This document shows, piece after piece, positions 62,664 to 64,000 of a DNA stretch of 64,000 bases. The position numbers were made by a program, and so were the translations under genes. Every line of letters begins with the position of its first letter. Position 1 is the first letter of the stretch. Source of the stretch: a virus (lineage: Duplodnaviria > Heunggongvirae > Uroviricota > Caudoviricetes); IMG/VR virus record IMGVR_UViG_3300027710_000010, positions 117,763 to 181,762 of that record. The stretch is one strand, 5' to 3'. Under the pieces are notes generated by a model. The model did not search any database and had not been told where the DNA came from. It saw nothing but the letters and a program-made list of their open reading frames with translations.

Positions 62664-63302
62664 TTATCTCCAGTTGTTTTGAACTATTTCTAATTCTGTA
62701 TTATTACTAGGCTTTTGATGTCTAGATGTAAAAATCAATATTGAAGGATCGTTTATAAGTGTGTCAACTTTATGATGCTTCCAATTGATAAAATTTTCAG
62801 GTGAATAGTTTTCTATCAAATCATATTCTACATGTTCACTAATATAGGATTGATCTCCGTATCTAGGAACTCTTTTATACTCTTCGCATATTTGTTCTCT
62901 ATCTTTAATATAGTTATTATATAGATAAGAATAGTCACCTGACCAATACATAATAGAACTATTTACTATTTCTTGATAAGGTTCTTTAACCATTACGAAC
63001 TTGTTAAGTACTTGTAATTTATTGATAACTTCGGTAATGTCTTTACATATTAATACATCTAAATCAAAATATAAAACTGGTCCTTCAAATAAATTAGGAC
63101 GGAACAATTCGATTTTATTCCAAAATGATTGCGAGTCAGTGACTAATGGAACTGTATTAAACTTTGTACTAATGTTTGATAAACAAGTAAATTTGAATGG
63201 TATGTTTACATGCCTAGTTACTTGATTGAATAATTTATCTACCCATTCCTCAGAATATATCGAATCTTTATTAGTCTTTAGTACACAAGCAATGTTCAAC
63301 AT
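62664..63302 (-). CDS. glycosyltransferase (GT-A, GT8-like)
   Basis: WNKIELF, LYFDLDVLI, NSSIMYW and GDQSYI motifs. Confidence 0.8.
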   Translation of the reverse strand: MLNIACVLKTNKDSIYSEEWVDKLFNQVTRHVNIPFKFTCLSNISTKFNTVPLVTDSQSFWNKIELFRPNLFEGPVLYFDLDVLICKDITEVINKLQVLNKFVMVKEPYQEIVNSSIMYWSGDYSYLYNNYIKDREQICEEYKRVPRYGDQSYISEHVEYDLIENYSPENFINWKHHKVDTLINDPSILIFTSRHQKPSNNTELEIVQNNWR

Positions 63303-63982
63303 GCATTTTCTCCATTAGTATGAGAAAATTGTTTAACATTTTTCTTATTACAAAAGAATGGATTTATCCTAGCATAGCTAGGTTTAGTTGCATAAAAGCC
63401 AACATAGAATTGATTAATAGCAACATCGGCGGCAATATATCCAAATTTATTAATACTGTTTAACAAAAATTCAGCACCTGCTGGTTTAATTATATAAGCA
63501 TGAATTCCTTTTATGTGTGTCATGTTTATACTTCTGTATTTTAGTTTATCAGTAACGACATACGGATACGGATCTATTGTTAATTCCTGATCTAGTTGCA
63601 GGTATTCTTCATAGTCATCTGCTGTTCTGCTTGCTGGATCTAAATTTAAAATAGTATCAAATGTATCCAAAATATTATTAGGCAGTGGCCTAATCATTAA
63701 ACCATCGTGTTCAAATATCAGAATAGGTTGCTGTGTTGCAACACATTCCTTCCATAAAAGAAAATGACTTAGGAAACAACCTATGTACCCCAATCTTAAT
63801 TTTTTAGTAACGATTTTAGGATATGGAAATAAATTATACTCTTGCAAAAGTTCGTAATGACAGTCATACACACCGTCAACTTTTGTAACTGTTATATTAA
63901 ACTGCTTGGCGGATTCTATACACTGGTCCGCCAAACCTTCAGAAAGTTCATCATTAAACTTTCTTATAACCACTGCTTTCAT
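63296..63982 (-). CDS. glycosyltransferase family 25-like
   Basis: IGCFLSHFLLWKEC, ILIFEHD, AYIIKP.GA and AADV motifs. Confidence 0.85.
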   Translation of the reverse strand: MKAVVIRKFNDELSEGLADQCIESAKQFNITVTKVDGVYDCHYELLQEYNLFPYPKIVTKKLRLGYIGCFLSHFLLWKECVATQQPILIFEHDGLMIRPLPNNILDTFDTILNLDPASRTADDYEEYLQLDQELTIDPYPYVVTDKLKYRSINMTHIKGIHAYIIKPAGAEFLLNSINKFGYIAADVAINQFYVGFYATKPSYARINPFFCNKKNVKQFSHTNGENAC

Positions 63983-64000
63983 TTTTTACCTTTAATCGCC

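Noticed and set aside
1-64000. Alternative genetic code (stop-codon reassignment)
   Set aside because: Conserved genes are full length and tightly packed under code 11, and there is no suppressor tRNA.

Overview
A 64 kb segment of a large lytic, T4-like myovirus, probably from freshwater. Phage evidence: PAAR spike and baseplate genes, gp41/gp61-type helicase and primase, TAAATA late promoters, and no host ribosomal or core cell genes. The host is probably a Burkholderiales betaproteobacterium (inferred from Comamonadaceae-like IscU and DUF3563-like and phasin-like genes). Layout: (1) 1-29 kb, mostly minus strand: a nrdA-iscU-iscA-sod-nrdB-grx operon, virion and head-associated proteins, and host-derived metabolic genes (ALA synthase, Dps, YbaN, YqgE, phasin-like cluster). 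(2) 30-37 kb, plus strand: small genes, a tandem paralog array and tRNA-Arg(TCT). (3) 37-41 kb: UDP-glucose dehydrogenase region, then a repeat-rich, largely non-coding zone. (4) 41.3-52 kb: a GC-richer array of about 31 small genes organised as cassettes, headed by 22 copies (plus one divergent copy) of a conserved sigma70 promoter+leader+RBS repeat. (5) 53-64 kb: helicase, SulP, primase, baseplate protein, a 188-aa mini-DnaE that keeps all three catalytic aspartates, a clamp-loader-like gene and an AT-rich glycan-modification island. Most notable: the promoter-cassette array, a probable -1 frameshift or slippage site at an A10 run (8958-8967), the mini-DnaE, a shared N-terminal capsid-targeting-like motif on about 11 proteins, and phage ALA synthase. 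All calls come from motif recognition by eye; no database searches were run.
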